DNA of 64,000 nucleotides, taken from positions 160,001 to 224,000 of the forward strand of contig OZ253555.1 of assembly GCA_965262725.1 (NCBI GenBank). Reading direction: 5' to 3'. Position 1 is the stretch's first letter. Every line of letters begins with the position of its first letter. The notes under the pieces were generated by a model, which did no database searches, had not been told where the DNA came from, and saw nothing but the letters and a program-made list of their open reading frames with translations. Positions 39,670 through 49,911 of the stretch are shown piece after piece. The translations under genes and the position numbers were made by a program. Source of the stretch: Dehalococcoidia bacterium (GTDB taxonomy: Bacteria; Chloroflexota; Dehalococcoidia; UBA2979).

Positions 39670-40464
39670 TCATCTCTGGGCCAGGGCCTCGCTCACGGCC
39701 TCGCGGTACCTCTCGATCGGGTGCAGGCCCGGTATCAGCTGCGAGCCGATGACCACCGACGGCGTCGACGAAATGCCGGCTGCGCGCGCCTGCCGGTCGA
39801 TGGCCGCGACGTCGCCGCTCTTCTCGCCGGAGTCGAGGCAGGCGTCGAAGCGGGCGAGGTCGAGTCCGCCGACCGCGGCCTCCACTTCGCGCGCGTACTC
39901 CTTGAGTCGGTCCCGCGAGAACGCCCCGGGCGTGTGGGTCGGGCTCTGACGGAGGAAGAGGACGTCGTGCATCTCCCAGAAGCGGCCCTGGTCTTCGGCG
40001 CAGAGCGCGGCCTCGTTTGCGCGCTGGGAGTCGGGGCCGAGCACCATCACGGGCACGTACTCGATCACCGCCTCCCCCGTCTCGATGAACTCGGCGCGCA
40101 GGAGCGGGGCCACCTGCTCGTGGAAGTTGCGGCAGAAGGGGCACTGGAAATCGGAGAATTCGTAGATCCGCACGGGCGCGCCCGGATCGCCCTCGACGCG
40201 CCCCGAGACGGCTCCCCGCTCGAGCGGCTCGTACGGCGCGCCCGAGACTCCGGCCCCGCCGCCCCTCTGGCTGAGGACGACGAGCGCGAGAACGATGATG
40301 ATCGCGCCCGCGATGGAGCCGATCGTCAGAAACCCGCCGAAGGAGTCGACGGTGGCGCGCCAGCCCTGCCGCTGCGCGCCGCCGCGCTGGGGCGCGTCGG
40401 CCGCCGTCGGTCGGCCGGGTGCGCGCCGTCGGCGTCGGCGGCGGCCGGGACCCTCGTGTGCCAT
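39670..40464 (-). CDS. Membrane-anchored DsbA/BdbD-like thiol-disulfide oxidoreductase
   Basis: N-terminal TM, EFSDFQCPFC and GISSTPS motifs. Confidence 0.9.
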   Translation of the reverse strand: MAHEGPGRRRRRRRAPGRPTAADAPQRGGAQRQGWRATVDSFGGFLTIGSIAGAIIIVLALVVLSQRGGGAGVSGAPYEPLERGAVSGRVEGDPGAPVRIYEFSDFQCPFCRNFHEQVAPLLRAEFIETGEAVIEYVPVMVLGPDSQRANEAALCAEDQGRFWEMHDVLFLRQSPTHTPGAFSRDRLKEYAREVEAAVGGLDLARFDACLDSGEKSGDVAAIDRQARAAGISSTPSVVIGSQLIPGLHPIERYREAVSEALAQR

Positions 40465-40699
40465 TGGTCTCCCCTCTTCGTGCGTCTCGCGGACGCCGGG
40501 CCCGCGCGGGCGTTGCCGCCCGGTGCGGTGAGCCTCCTTGCAGCCATCCGCCGGCGCGGCGTCATCGGCGTCGGACGCGCCCGGCGTCGCGGCCTGTGGC
40601 CGCGGGCTCAGGATAGTGTCGGTCGTGATGACGTGGGGGGCACGCGCCGTGCCCCCCCGCGCCGCCCGGATCGGGCTCCGGTCACGCCGGGAGGCGTGC

Positions 40700-43174
40700 C
40701 TAGACCGCCACGCTCTCCTCGACGCCGCCGAGCGTCTCCGCGGCCACGGGGTCGCGGCGCTCCCTGGTGAAGGTGAGCTCTCCCGCCTCGTCCACGTCGA
40801 CGATGGCCAGGTCGCCCGCCTCGAACTCGCCCGCGAGCACGCGCCTCGCCAGGGGGTTCTCCACCAGGCGCTCGATCGTGCGGCGCAGCGGCCGGGCGCC
40901 GAACTCGGGATCGTAGCCACCGGCGACCAGGCTCTCGCGCGCGGCGTCGGTCACGGAGAAGCCGACCTGCCGCTCCCCGAGGCGCTCGCGCAGCTCCTCG
41001 AGCATCAGCTCCGCGATGCGCGCGATCTCGGACTCGGTGAGTGGCTCGAAGACGACCACGTCGTCGAGCCGGTTGAGGAACTCGGGGCGGAAGGTGCGCT
41101 TCAGCGCCCCCTCCACCGACCGCACGAGGCCCTCGCGCTCCGATGCGCTCCGCGTGCGAACCAGACCGATCTCCTGCTGTTTGCCCCTGCCGCCGAGGTT
41201 CGAGGTCAGGATGACCACGGTGTTGCGGAAGCTCACGACGCGTCCGTGCGCGTCCGTGAGCCGCCCGTCGTCCATGATCTGCAGCAGCGCATTGAAGATG
41301 TCCGGGTGCGCCTTCTCGATCTCGTCGAAGAGGATCACGCGGTAGGGCCGGCGCCGGACGGCCTCGGTGAGCTGCCCGGCCTGCTCGAATCCGACGTAGC
41401 CGGGCGGCGCTCCGACGAGCCGCGAGACCGTGTGTCGCTCCTGGAACTCCGACATGTCGAGGCGCAGCAGAGCGTCCTCGTCGTCGAAGAGGTAGCCCGC
41501 GAGCGCCTTCGCGAGGTGCGTCTTCCCGACGCCGGTGGGCCCGACGAAGATGAACGATCCTATGGGGCGGCGCGGGTCCTTGAGGCCGGAGCGGGCGCGG
41601 CGGATGGCGTCGGCGAGGGCCGCGATCGCGGAGTCCTGTCCCACCACGCGCTGGTGGAGCGCCTCCTCCATGTGGAGCAGCCTCTCCGCCTCGTCCTTGA
41701 GGAGCTGGTCGACGGGGATGCCGGTCACCTGCGCGAGAATCGCGGCGATGTCCTCCTCGCCGACCTCCTCGCGTGGCTCGGCGCCCTCGCCGAGATCCGC
41801 CGTCAGCTGCTCGTAGCGCTCCTGCACCGCGATCACCTGCTGCTTGATACGGGCGGCGGCCTCGTAGTCCTCCCTGGCAGCGGCCGCGTCGAGGCGCGCG
41901 GCGGCGTCGTCGAGCTCGCGGCGCAGCTCCCGCATCTCGGGGGTCAGCGACTCCGCCGCAATCACGTGCCGCGACGCCGCCTCGTCGACGAGATCGATCG
42001 CCTTGTCGGGGAGCTGGCGCCCGGTTATGTAGCGGTCGGAGAGCCGCGACGCCGCCCCGAGTGCGGTGTCGGTGATGCGCAGCCCGTGGTGTTCCTCGTA
42101 GCGGGCACGGAGGCCACGGAGAATCTCGATCGTCTCCTCGACGGAGGGGGCGTCGACGTAGACGGGGGAGAAGCGCCGCTCCAGCGCGGGGTCCTTCTCC
42201 ACGCCCGTGCGGTACTCGTCCAGGGTCGTCGCGCCGATGACGCGCAGCTCGCCGCGGGCGAGCGCCGGCTTCAGCATGTTCCCGGCGTCAATGGCCCCCT
42301 CGGCGCCACCGGCTCCGACCAGCGTGTGCAGCTCATCCAGAAAGAGCAGCACCTCGCCCGCCGCCTCGCGGACCTCGCGGATCACGGACTGCAACCGCTC
42401 CTCGAACTCGCCGCGGAACTTCGAGCCGGCGAGCATGCCCGGCAGGTCGAGCGCGAGCAGTCGCTTCCCCCGCAGCCGCTCGGGGACGTCGTCTGCGACG
42501 ATTCGCTGCGCGAGTCCCTCCACGACCGCGGTCTTCCCGACGCCGGCCTCTCCGATCAGGACGGGGTTGTTCTTCGTGCGGCGGTTGAGGATCTGCATCA
42601 CGCGCGCGATCTCGCCCTCGCGCCCGACGACCGGGTCCAGCTTGCCCTGCCTCGCGAACTCGGTGAGATCACGGCTGTAGCGCGTGAGTGCCTGGTATCG
42701 CGACTCGGCCGTCGGCGAGTCGACCCGCGCCGTCCCGCGGGTTTCGCGCAGCGCCCGGTAGATGGCTTCCTTGGTGATCCGCTCCTCCTGGAGGAGGCGC
42801 GCGGCCTCGCCCTCTCGCTCGTCCGAGATCGCGACCAGCAGATGCTCGACGCCGACGTAGTCGTCCTGCAGGCGGTCGGCTTCGGCGTTGGCGGCCTCGA
42901 GCATCCGCACGATGCGCGGCGTCGTGTAGATCTGGACGACGTCGTAGGTGAGCTGGGGAGCCTTCGCCAGCTCCGCCACGAGGCGCGCCGTGGCGCGTTC
43001 GCGGTCGACGCCGATGCGGGCGAGGAGGTCCGGTACCAGCCCCTCGGGCTGCTTGAGCAAGGCGAGCAGCACGTGCTCCACGTCCCATTGCGAGTGCCGC
43101 TGCTCGCGCACCATCTGCTGCGACGCCTGGATCACCTGCTGCGCCTGCTCGGTGAAGCGATCCTGCCTCATCAC
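40700..43174 (-). CDS. clpC: Clp/Hsp100 ATPase, ClpC-type
   Basis: N-domain, two Walker A motifs ([16 protein letters not shown]), short UVR-like middle domain ([10 protein letters not shown]), IGL ClpP-docking-like loop. Confidence 0.8.
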   Translation of the reverse strand: MMRQDRFTEQAQQVIQASQQMVREQRHSQWDVEHVLLALLKQPEGLVPDLLARIGVDRERATARLVAELAKAPQLTYDVVQIYTTPRIVRMLEAANAEADRLQDDYVGVEHLLVAISDEREGEAARLLQEERITKEAIYRALRETRGTARVDSPTAESRYQALTRYSRDLTEFARQGKLDPVVGREGEIARVMQILNRRTKNNPVLIGEAGVGKTAVVEGLAQRIVADDVPERLRGKRLLALDLPGMLAGSKFRGEFEERLQSVIREVREAAGEVLLFLDELHTLVGAGGAEGAIDAGNMLKPALARGELRVIGATTLDEYRTGVEKDPALERRFSPVYVDAPSVEETIEILRGLRARYEEHHGLRITDTALGAASRLSDRYITGRQLPDKAIDLVDEAASRHVIAAESLTPEMRELRRELDDAAARLDAAAAREDYEAAARIKQQVIAVQERYEQLTADLGEGAEPREEVGEEDIAAILAQVTGIPVDQLLKDEAERLLHMEEALHQRVVGQDSAIAALADAIRRARSGLKDPRRPIGSFIFVGPTGVGKTHLAKALAGYLFDDEDALLRLDMSEFQERHTVSRLVGAPPGYVGFEQAGQLTEAVRRRPYRVILFDEIEKAHPDIFNALLQIMDDGRLTDAHGRVVSFRNTVVILTSNLGGRGKQQEIGLVRTRSASEREGLVRSVEGALKRTFRPEFLNRLDDVVVFEPLTESEIARIAELMLEELRERLGERQVGFSVTDAARESLVAGGYDPEFGARPLRRTIERLVENPLARRVLAGEFEAGDLAIVDVDEAGELTFTRERRDPVAAETLGGVEESVAV

Positions 43175-43244
43175 TTGCTCGTGTCCCTTCCAGCCGGCGC
43201 GCCGGCCGCGCCGTGATCGGTGTTCGTCGTCTCGGCGCGTGCGG

Positions 43245-43637
43245 TCACCACGCGGCGCCCCTGCGGAGCCGTTCGATCTCGCGGTGTGCGTTCTCCAGCT
43301 CGCGTGCCTGGCGCTCCAGCGCGACGTGCATCTCCTCGATCTGCGACCGCATGCGAAGCACGACGTCGGCCCCGGCGAGGTTCAGGCCGAGCTCGTCGAC
43401 GAGGCGGATCACCTGCCTCACCCGGTCCACGTCGGCGACGGAGTAGAGCCTGGAGTTCCCGGACGATCGCGCCGGCGTCACGAGGCCGAGCCGCTCGTAG
43501 GAGCGCAGCGTCTGCTGGTGCACGCCGACCATCTCGGCGACCACCGAGATCCGGAACACCGGGTGCTCCGGGTGGAGATGCCCCGGGCCCTGCTCGCGGC
43601 TCCCGGGCGTCCGGCGCGGCTCGCCGCCTGGCGTCAC
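43245..43637 (-). CDS. hspR: HspR-like MerR-family heat-shock repressor
   Basis: FRISVVAEMVGVHQQTLRSYERLGLVTPARSSGNSRLYS and LGLNLAG; located between dnaJ and clp. Confidence 0.85.
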   Translation of the reverse strand: MTPGGEPRRTPGSREQGPGHLHPEHPVFRISVVAEMVGVHQQTLRSYERLGLVTPARSSGNSRLYSVADVDRVRQVIRLVDELGLNLAGADVVLRMRSQIEEMHVALERQARELENAHREIERLRRGAAW

Positions 43638-44692
43638 GGCATCGCTCCCGCCCCGCTCGCCGTCGTTCCGGTGCCGGTACCGGTCGCCTCGTCGCGCAGG
43701 CGGGCGAGCAGGTCACGCTGGAGGTCGGTCAGCTCCTGGGGCAGCGTGAGACGCACGCGCGCGAGCAGGTCCCCGTAGCCCCCGCCCGTCCGCGGCATCC
43801 CCTGTCCCGCGAGCCGGAAGACGCGGCCACCCTCGGTCCCCGCCGGGATCGAGAGGGCCAGGGTCTTCCCCTTGAGGGTCGGGACGCGCGCCTCGCCGCC
43901 GAGCGCTGCGTCCCAGACGGGGACGTCGATCTCCAGCTCCAGCTCGTCGCCGCGGCGAACGAACGTCGGGTGCGGCGCTATCGAGACGCGCAGGTAGAGG
44001 TCGCCGGGCCTCCCGCCGGCCGCACCGGCGCCGCCCTTCCCCGCGAGCCGGACGCGCCCGCCGTCGTGGATGCCGGCCGGGATCGTCACCTCGAGGCGGC
44101 GGGTGGCACGGACACTGCCGGCGCCGCGGCAGGCGTGGCAGGTGGCGCCGGCGACCTGCCCGCTGCCGTCGCAGACGCGGCAGAGACCGCCGTCATCGGT
44201 GATCTCGATCCGACGTGTCGTTCCGCCGGCCGCCTCCTCCAGAGTGATGGGCACCGTGTGTTCGATGTCGCGCCCGCGTTGCCGCCCGGCCCGGCCCCCG
44301 CCGCGATGGAACATCCGTCCGAAGATTCCGCTCTCGCCGCCGCCGAGGATCTCCTCGACATCCGGGCCCGGCCCGGCACCGCGCCCGCCGCCGAACAGGT
44401 CGTTGAGGTTGAAGGATGGGCCCGCCTCGCCGCCGGGGCGCTGGCGGCGCCGCATCTGCTCGATCTCCTCGGCATGCTGCCACTGGTCGCCGTAGCGGTC
44501 GTACTTCTCGCGCGACTGCGTGTCGGAGAGGACCCGGTGCGCCGAGTTGATCTCCTTGAAGCGCTCCTCCGCCTCCGCATCACCCGGGTTGACGTCAGGG
44601 TGATACCTGCGCGCAAGGCGCCGGTAGGCGGCGCGGATCTCCTTCTCCGAGGCGTCGCGATTCACGCCGAGCGTGCGGTAGAGGTCTGCCAT
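43634..44692 (-). CDS. DnaJ/CbpA-like co-chaperone with a single zinc-finger pair
   Basis: J domain with HPD, G/F-rich region, two CxxCxGxG motifs, C-terminal DnaJ domain. Confidence 0.92.
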   Translation of the reverse strand: MADLYRTLGVNRDASEKEIRAAYRRLARRYHPDVNPGDAEAEERFKEINSAHRVLSDTQSREKYDRYGDQWQHAEEIEQMRRRQRPGGEAGPSFNLNDLFGGGRGAGPGPDVEEILGGGESGIFGRMFHRGGGRAGRQRGRDIEHTVPITLEEAAGGTTRRIEITDDGGLCRVCDGSGQVAGATCHACRGAGSVRATRRLEVTIPAGIHDGGRVRLAGKGGAGAAGGRPGDLYLRVSIAPHPTFVRRGDELELEIDVPVWDAALGGEARVPTLKGKTLALSIPAGTEGGRVFRLAGQGMPRTGGGYGDLLARVRLTLPQELTDLQRDLLARLRDEATGTGTGTTASGAGAMP

Positions 44693-44709
44693 GGGCGAAT
44701 GATAACAGA

Positions 44710-44730
44710 GTTGAGTGCGCCACTAGCAAG
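44710..44730. promoter_or_regulatory. HAIR-like operator (HspR site) over the dnaJ promoter
   Basis: GTTGAGT-N7-TAGCAAG versus consensus CTTGAGT-N7-ACTCAAG; extended -10 TGtTATCAT on minus strand at 44699-44707. Confidence 0.65.
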
Positions 44731-44852
44731 TAGAGTCATAGAACAGATATCAGGCGGCGTGAGCGCGTCCTGCCACGTCTGCGCCTCGAGTGCAGGGACC
44801 AGACGCGGCCGGGATCCCGCCGCCCGGCCGAGACGGGCCGGGATGGTTGCCT

Positions 44853-45833
44853 CTACCGGGTGCGGGGAGGGCGCGGCGACGCGCCGCGGCGCCGGTCGGG
44901 CCGCGGCGCGCGCCGACCGTTGCCGCCCGGACGCTGCGGGGGGCCGCTCCCGGGGGAATCGTCGCCCGCGTCGTCGATCAGGGGCGCACCCCTCGCCGAC
45001 TCGGCGCCGCGCGCCGCGGCGCGCCCGCGTCGGACCTCCATCTGCGAGAGCAGCGCCAGCGCCTTGCGCGTATCGGAGGCCACGCGCTCGGGTTCGCCGT
45101 TCTGCACCCGGTACTTCGAGCACCAGTAGGTGAACTCGCGGAGGTCGCCCAGGCTCACGCGGCCTCCCAGTTCGACGCCGGACTCGTGCCGGTAGAGGGC
45201 TCGCAGCTCGTCGAGGGGACGGCCGTAGACACGCTGGTAGGCGAGGACGTCGGCGGCGTGTTCGGCGGCGTGCGAGAGCCGCCCCGCCTTGCGGAGCTCC
45301 TGTTCGGTGGCGAGCAGGAGCGCCTCCTCCACGACCACGCCGTACTGGAAGTTGAGGTGCGCGCGGTGTTTGGCCGGGCCGATGCCCTGTGCGAACGTCT
45401 CCTCGTCCTCGCCGTCGGGCGTGACGCCGAAGCGCAGCAGCGCCTCCCGCTCGCTCCCCGGGACGCGGTCACCCGTCGTGTCCAGCAACCGCTGCGCGAG
45501 CAGGAGCCAGTCGAACGCCTCTCCGCCGATCAGGTAGGCGTAGCGCTCGCCGTCGATCGTCTCGACCGGCGCGACCCAGCGCGCGATCACGTGCAGCAGC
45601 GCCGTGTACCAGGGCTCGCCCGCCTCGAGGCGGGCGAGCAGCGCGCGTTCCGCCTGCTCCGGCGAGAGAGGCCCCTCCTGCGGGATCGCTGCGGCCCGGG
45701 AGCCGGGTCCCGAGCTCGGATCGGCGTTCAGGGTGTCGGCGAAGTGCGCGTCGAAGGCGCCGTTCACGGGCACGCTCTCGCCGACGGGGTCGGCGTGGCT
45801 CGCTCGAGGCGATCGGCGAGTGCTCGGGCTCAT
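44853..45833 (-). CDS. Hypothetical protein
   Basis: 326-aa ORF with globular-looking core (YLIGGEAFDWLLLAQRL, HLNFQYGVVVEEAL, EFTYWCSKYR). Confidence 0.75.
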   Translation of the reverse strand: MSPSTRRSPRASHADPVGESVPVNGAFDAHFADTLNADPSSGPGSRAAAIPQEGPLSPEQAERALLARLEAGEPWYTALLHVIARWVAPVETIDGERYAYLIGGEAFDWLLLAQRLLDTTGDRVPGSEREALLRFGVTPDGEDEETFAQGIGPAKHRAHLNFQYGVVVEEALLLATEQELRKAGRLSHAAEHAADVLAYQRVYGRPLDELRALYRHESGVELGGRVSLGDLREFTYWCSKYRVQNGEPERVASDTRKALALLSQMEVRRGRAAARGAESARGAPLIDDAGDDSPGSGPPQRPGGNGRRAPRPDRRRGASPRPPRTR

Positions 45834-45933
45834 GGAGCGATCCTATAGCGCCTGCGCCGCACGTGGGCGCACGCCGGCGGGCCCGGGCGACGCCCGGCCG
45901 CGGCGCTCCCGCGCAACTCGGCGTCGCGCCGCC

Positions 45934-48558
45934 TCAGGAGGCGAGCGGCGGATTCTGGCCGTGGCATCGCTTGTACTTCTTGCCGGAGCCGCACGGACAC
46001 TGCTGGTTGCGCCCCACTTTCGGGACGGGTGGCGCGGCGGTGGCGGTGGCGGCGCCGGCCGCGCCCTGGCGGGCGGCGCCGTCCTGAGTGCCCCCGATAC
46101 TGCCGCCCGGCTCGCCGGGCCCGCTCTCGCGCGTCGCGCGCGGGCCGGCCGGGCGTGCGCGCGCGGCCTCGGTGAGGCGAGCGTGCAGCGCCTGCCGGGC
46201 CACCACCGAGCGCATCGTGGTGAGCAGTTGCTCCCACATCTCGTGCGCCTCGCGCTTGTAGGCGACCTTCGGATCCACCTGGCCGTAGGCGCGCAGACCG
46301 ATACCCTGGCGCATCTCGTCCATCGAGGTCAGGTGCTGGACCCACAGGGTGTCGATGGTCCGCAGCAGCATCAGCCGCTCGGTGATCCGCTGCACGTCCG
46401 CGCCGACGCCCTCCTCGAGCTCCTCGTAGCGGAGCTCCGCGATCGCGACTGCTTCCTCGAGGACGCCGGCGGGGTCGCGCCCCTCGACGGTGGGGAGCGC
46501 CAGGTCGTCGCGGAGCGGCACGACGGCGTCGAGCGCGAGGCGGAAGGTCGCGACGTCGGGAGGCGTCGCGTGGAGGTAGCTCCGGCCGATCTCCTTGACC
46601 TCCTCGTCGAGCATCCCGAGCACCGTCTCGCGCATCCCCTCCTCGTCGAGCACCTTGTCGCGCTCGCGGTAGATGACGTCGCGGTGCGTGTTCATGACGT
46701 CGTCGTACTCGACGACGTTCTTGCGGATCTCGAAGTTGTAGGTCTCGACGCGCGTTTGCGCGCTCTCGATCGCCTTCGACACCATCCGTGACTCGAGCGG
46801 GGCGTCGTCCTCCATCCCGAGCTTCTCCATCATGCCCGGCAGCCAGTCCGGGGCGAACCGGCGCATCAGTTCGTCCTCGAAGGAAACGAAGAAGCGGCTG
46901 GATCCGGGGTCGCCCTGGCGGCCGGAGCGCCCGCGCAGCTGGTGGTCGATCCGTCGCGACTCGTGGCGCTCCGTCCCGATGACGTGAAGGCCCCCCGCCT
47001 CGCGCACGCCGGCTCCGAGCTTGATGTCGGTCCCGCGCCCGGCCATGTTCGTCGCGATGGTGACGGCGCCGGCCTCCCCCGCGCGTTCGATGATGTGCGC
47101 CTCGCGCTCGTGCTGCTTGGCGTTCAGCACCTCGTGGTCGATGCCGCGCTGGAGCAGCATCTCCGAGAGCAGTTCCGAGCTTTCGATCGCGACCGTGCCG
47201 ACGAGGACGGGCCGCCCGGCCTGATGCTTCTGGACGATGTCGTCGACGACCGCCGCGTACTTCCCCCGGCCGCGCCGGAAAACGAGGTCGGCGAGGTCCG
47301 TGCGTGCGAGGTCGCGGTGCGTCGGGATCACCAGCACCTCGCGGCTGTAGATCTCGGAGAACTCCTCGGCCTCGGTCACGGCGGTGCCGGTCATGCCGGC
47401 GAGCGTCTCGTACATGCGGAAGTAGTTCTGGAGGGTGACCGTCGCGTAGGTGACCGACTCCTGCTGGATCGGAACGCCCTCCTTCGCCTCGACCGCCTGA
47501 TGCAGGCCGTCCGACCAGCGCCGCCCTTCCATCAGACGGCCCGTGAAGGCGTCGACGATCACGACCTGATCGTCTTTCACCACATAGTCCACGTTGCGCT
47601 GGTAGATCACCTCGGCGCGGAGCGCCGCCTCCATGTAGCGCGTGAGGTGGTAGTTCTCGATCGCGTAGATGTTCTCGACGCCGAGCAGACGCTCGGCCAG
47701 CTCGACCCCCTCCTCGGTGAGCGAGACCGTGCGCGTCCTCGCGTCGACCGTGAAGTGCCTGTTCGACGAGAGCTGCGGCACCAGGCGGGCGAAGCGCCGG
47801 TAGACGGAGACGTCCTCCTGCGCCGGCCCCGAGATGATGAGCGGTGTCCGCGCCTCGTCGACGAGCACGGAGTCCGCCTCGTCGACGATCGCGAAGTGGT
47901 GGCCGCGCTGCACCTGCAGCGCGCGGCTGGTCGCCATGTTGTCGCGCAGGTAGTCGAATCCGAACTCGTTGTTGGTGCCGTAGGTGACGTCGGCACGGTA
48001 GGCCTCACGGCGAGTGATCGGGGCTAGGTGCTCCCAGCCGGACCGCTCCGAGACGGCCTCCTCCACGTAGAGATAGGCACCCTCGTGCTGCAGCACGGCG
48101 ACCGAGAGACCGAGCCGCGCGAGCGCCGGCCCGTACCATTGCGCGTCCCTGCGCGCCAGGTAGTCGTTGACGGTGACGAGGTGCGCTCCGCGCCCGGAGA
48201 GGGCGTTGGCGTACAGCGCGAGCGTCGCGACGAGCGTCTTCCCCTCGCCGGTCTTCATCTCCGCGATCGTTCCGCGGTGGAGCGCCCCCGCGCCCACGAT
48301 CTGCACCGTGAAGGCGCGCTCGCCCGTGGTGCGGGCGACCGCCTCACGCGCGACGGCGAGCGACTCCTCCAGCAGGTCGTCGACGCTCTCACCGGCGTCG
48401 AGGCGCGCGCGGAGCGTCACCGTTCGCCCGGTGAGCTCCTCGTCGGAGAGCGCGCGCATCTCGCCGTCGCGGGCGTCGACGCCCGCGGCGAGCTCGCGCA
48501 GCGGCTTGAGCGCACGCTCGTTCGGGTCCCCGAGGATCTTCTGCAGCAGGCGTGGCAT
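45934..48558 (-). CDS. secA: Preprotein translocase subunit SecA
   Basis: EMKTGEGKT, VTVNDYLARRD, DEADS, TNMAGRGTDI and SEC-C CPCGSGKKYKRCH. Confidence 0.98.
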   Translation of the reverse strand: MPRLLQKILGDPNERALKPLRELAAGVDARDGEMRALSDEELTGRTVTLRARLDAGESVDDLLEESLAVAREAVARTTGERAFTVQIVGAGALHRGTIAEMKTGEGKTLVATLALYANALSGRGAHLVTVNDYLARRDAQWYGPALARLGLSVAVLQHEGAYLYVEEAVSERSGWEHLAPITRREAYRADVTYGTNNEFGFDYLRDNMATSRALQVQRGHHFAIVDEADSVLVDEARTPLIISGPAQEDVSVYRRFARLVPQLSSNRHFTVDARTRTVSLTEEGVELAERLLGVENIYAIENYHLTRYMEAALRAEVIYQRNVDYVVKDDQVVIVDAFTGRLMEGRRWSDGLHQAVEAKEGVPIQQESVTYATVTLQNYFRMYETLAGMTGTAVTEAEEFSEIYSREVLVIPTHRDLARTDLADLVFRRGRGKYAAVVDDIVQKHQAGRPVLVGTVAIESSELLSEMLLQRGIDHEVLNAKQHEREAHIIERAGEAGAVTIATNMAGRGTDIKLGAGVREAGGLHVIGTERHESRRIDHQLRGRSGRQGDPGSSRFFVSFEDELMRRFAPDWLPGMMEKLGMEDDAPLESRMVSKAIESAQTRVETYNFEIRKNVVEYDDVMNTHRDVIYRERDKVLDEEGMRETVLGMLDEEVKEIGRSYLHATPPDVATFRLALDAVVPLRDDLALPTVEGRDPAGVLEEAVAIAELRYEELEEGVGADVQRITERLMLLRTIDTLWVQHLTSMDEMRQGIGLRAYGQVDPKVAYKREAHEMWEQLLTTMRSVVARQALHARLTEAARARPAGPRATRESGPGEPGGSIGGTQDGAARQGAAGAATATAAPPVPKVGRNQQCPCGSGKKYKRCHGQNPPLAS

Positions 48559-48725
48559 CCGTGCCCGTTCTCCGCTTCGAGAGTGCCGCGCTCAGAGGCG
48601 CTCTAGCTATGGTGCGGCATCGACTCCTATTTTTCGAGTTCGGCAGGAGCCCGGCTCTCGCGGCGCGTCCGCAGATCCGCCCGGGCGAAGCCGCCGCCCC
48701 CCCTCCGGCGAGAGACCCGCGGCGG

Positions 48726-49670
48726 CTAGCTGAAGAGCGCCCCGACGGACTCGCCGGTGTGGATGCGGTGAATCGCGTCCCCGATCAGGGGGGCGATCGA
48801 GAGCACGCGCGCCGGAACACGCTCGAAGGTCCCCTCCGGCACCGGCACGCTGTCGGTGAAGACGATCTCCTCGACGTCCGCCGAGTCGAGCAGCTCGACG
48901 GCGCCCGGCGTGAAGAGCGCGTGGACGCAGGCGAGGTGCACGGAACGAGCACCCCGCTCGCGGAGCAGGTTCGCCGCGACCGCGACCGTGCCGCCCGTCA
49001 GTATCTCGTCGTCCATGACGACGCAGTCCCGCCCCTCGACATTGCCGATCACGGTCGATCCCGTCGGCGACTCCGAGTTGTCGGTGCGCCGCTTGTCGAC
49101 GATAGCCAGGTCGCTGCCGAGCCAGCTCGCCATCTTCGCCGCGTGCTTGGCGCCGCCCACGTCGGTCGCCACCACGACCGGCCGTGAGAGGCTCGCCGTC
49201 CGGAAATACTCGCCGAAGAGCGGGTACGCCGTGAGTTCGTCGAGCGGGATGTTGAAGAAGCCCTGGATCTGACCGGCGTGGAGATCGACGGTCAGCACGC
49301 GGTCCGCCCCCGCGACCTCCAGGAAGTTCGCGATCAGCCGCGCGGAGATCGGAACTCGTGGCTGGTCCTTCTTGTCGGAGCGGCCGTAGGCGTAGTACGG
49401 GATCACGGCGGTGACGCGGCCCGCGGAGGCGCGCTTCGCCGCGTCGATCATGATGAGAAGCTCCATGAGCCGCGTGTTCACGGGAGAGACGATCGGTTGC
49501 ACCAGGAAGACATCCCGCTCGCGGATGTTCTCGCGGAAGCGCACGAAGATGTTCTCGTTTGAGAACTCGAAGACGTCGCAGCCGCCCAGGGGCATCTCAA
49601 GGTGCCGGCACACCGCCTCCGCGAAGGCACGGTGGGCATTGCCGGTAAACACGGCGATCCCGCGATTCAC
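48726..49670 (-). CDS. prs: Ribose-phosphate pyrophosphokinase
   Basis: PYYAYGRSDKK, DLHAGQIQGFF and DDEILTGGT motifs. Confidence 0.96.
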   Translation of the reverse strand: MNRGIAVFTGNAHRAFAEAVCRHLEMPLGGCDVFEFSNENIFVRFRENIRERDVFLVQPIVSPVNTRLMELLIMIDAAKRASAGRVTAVIPYYAYGRSDKKDQPRVPISARLIANFLEVAGADRVLTVDLHAGQIQGFFNIPLDELTAYPLFGEYFRTASLSRPVVVATDVGGAKHAAKMASWLGSDLAIVDKRRTDNSESPTGSTVIGNVEGRDCVVMDDEILTGGTVAVAANLLRERGARSVHLACVHALFTPGAVELLDSADVEEIVFTDSVPVPEGTFERVPARVLSIAPLIGDAIHRIHTGESVGALFS

Positions 49671-49911
49671 CGTCCGCCTCCTCCAACGTGTCGTGAGCGG
49701 AACGTCGGCCAGGGGCCGGGGCAGCAATGGTAGCACTGCGGGGAGTTGGGTACCGCCGCGAGTCGGATCCCGCCGGGTGGTAGCGCGCCGCCGGCGGTAA
49801 GCGTGGCGGCGACGGGCTACACTGGCGGCGCCCGTCTCGCGCTCCCCGCGGGGGCGGCGGGAGCGCGACGCCCCGAGGCGTCGGTGTCGGGGCGGAACGT
49901 GGTGGGGGGCG

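Noticed and set aside
40700-43174. ClpB call suggested by the dnaJ-hspR context
   Set aside because: Middle domain is short and UVR-like and an IGL loop is present, fitting ClpC better
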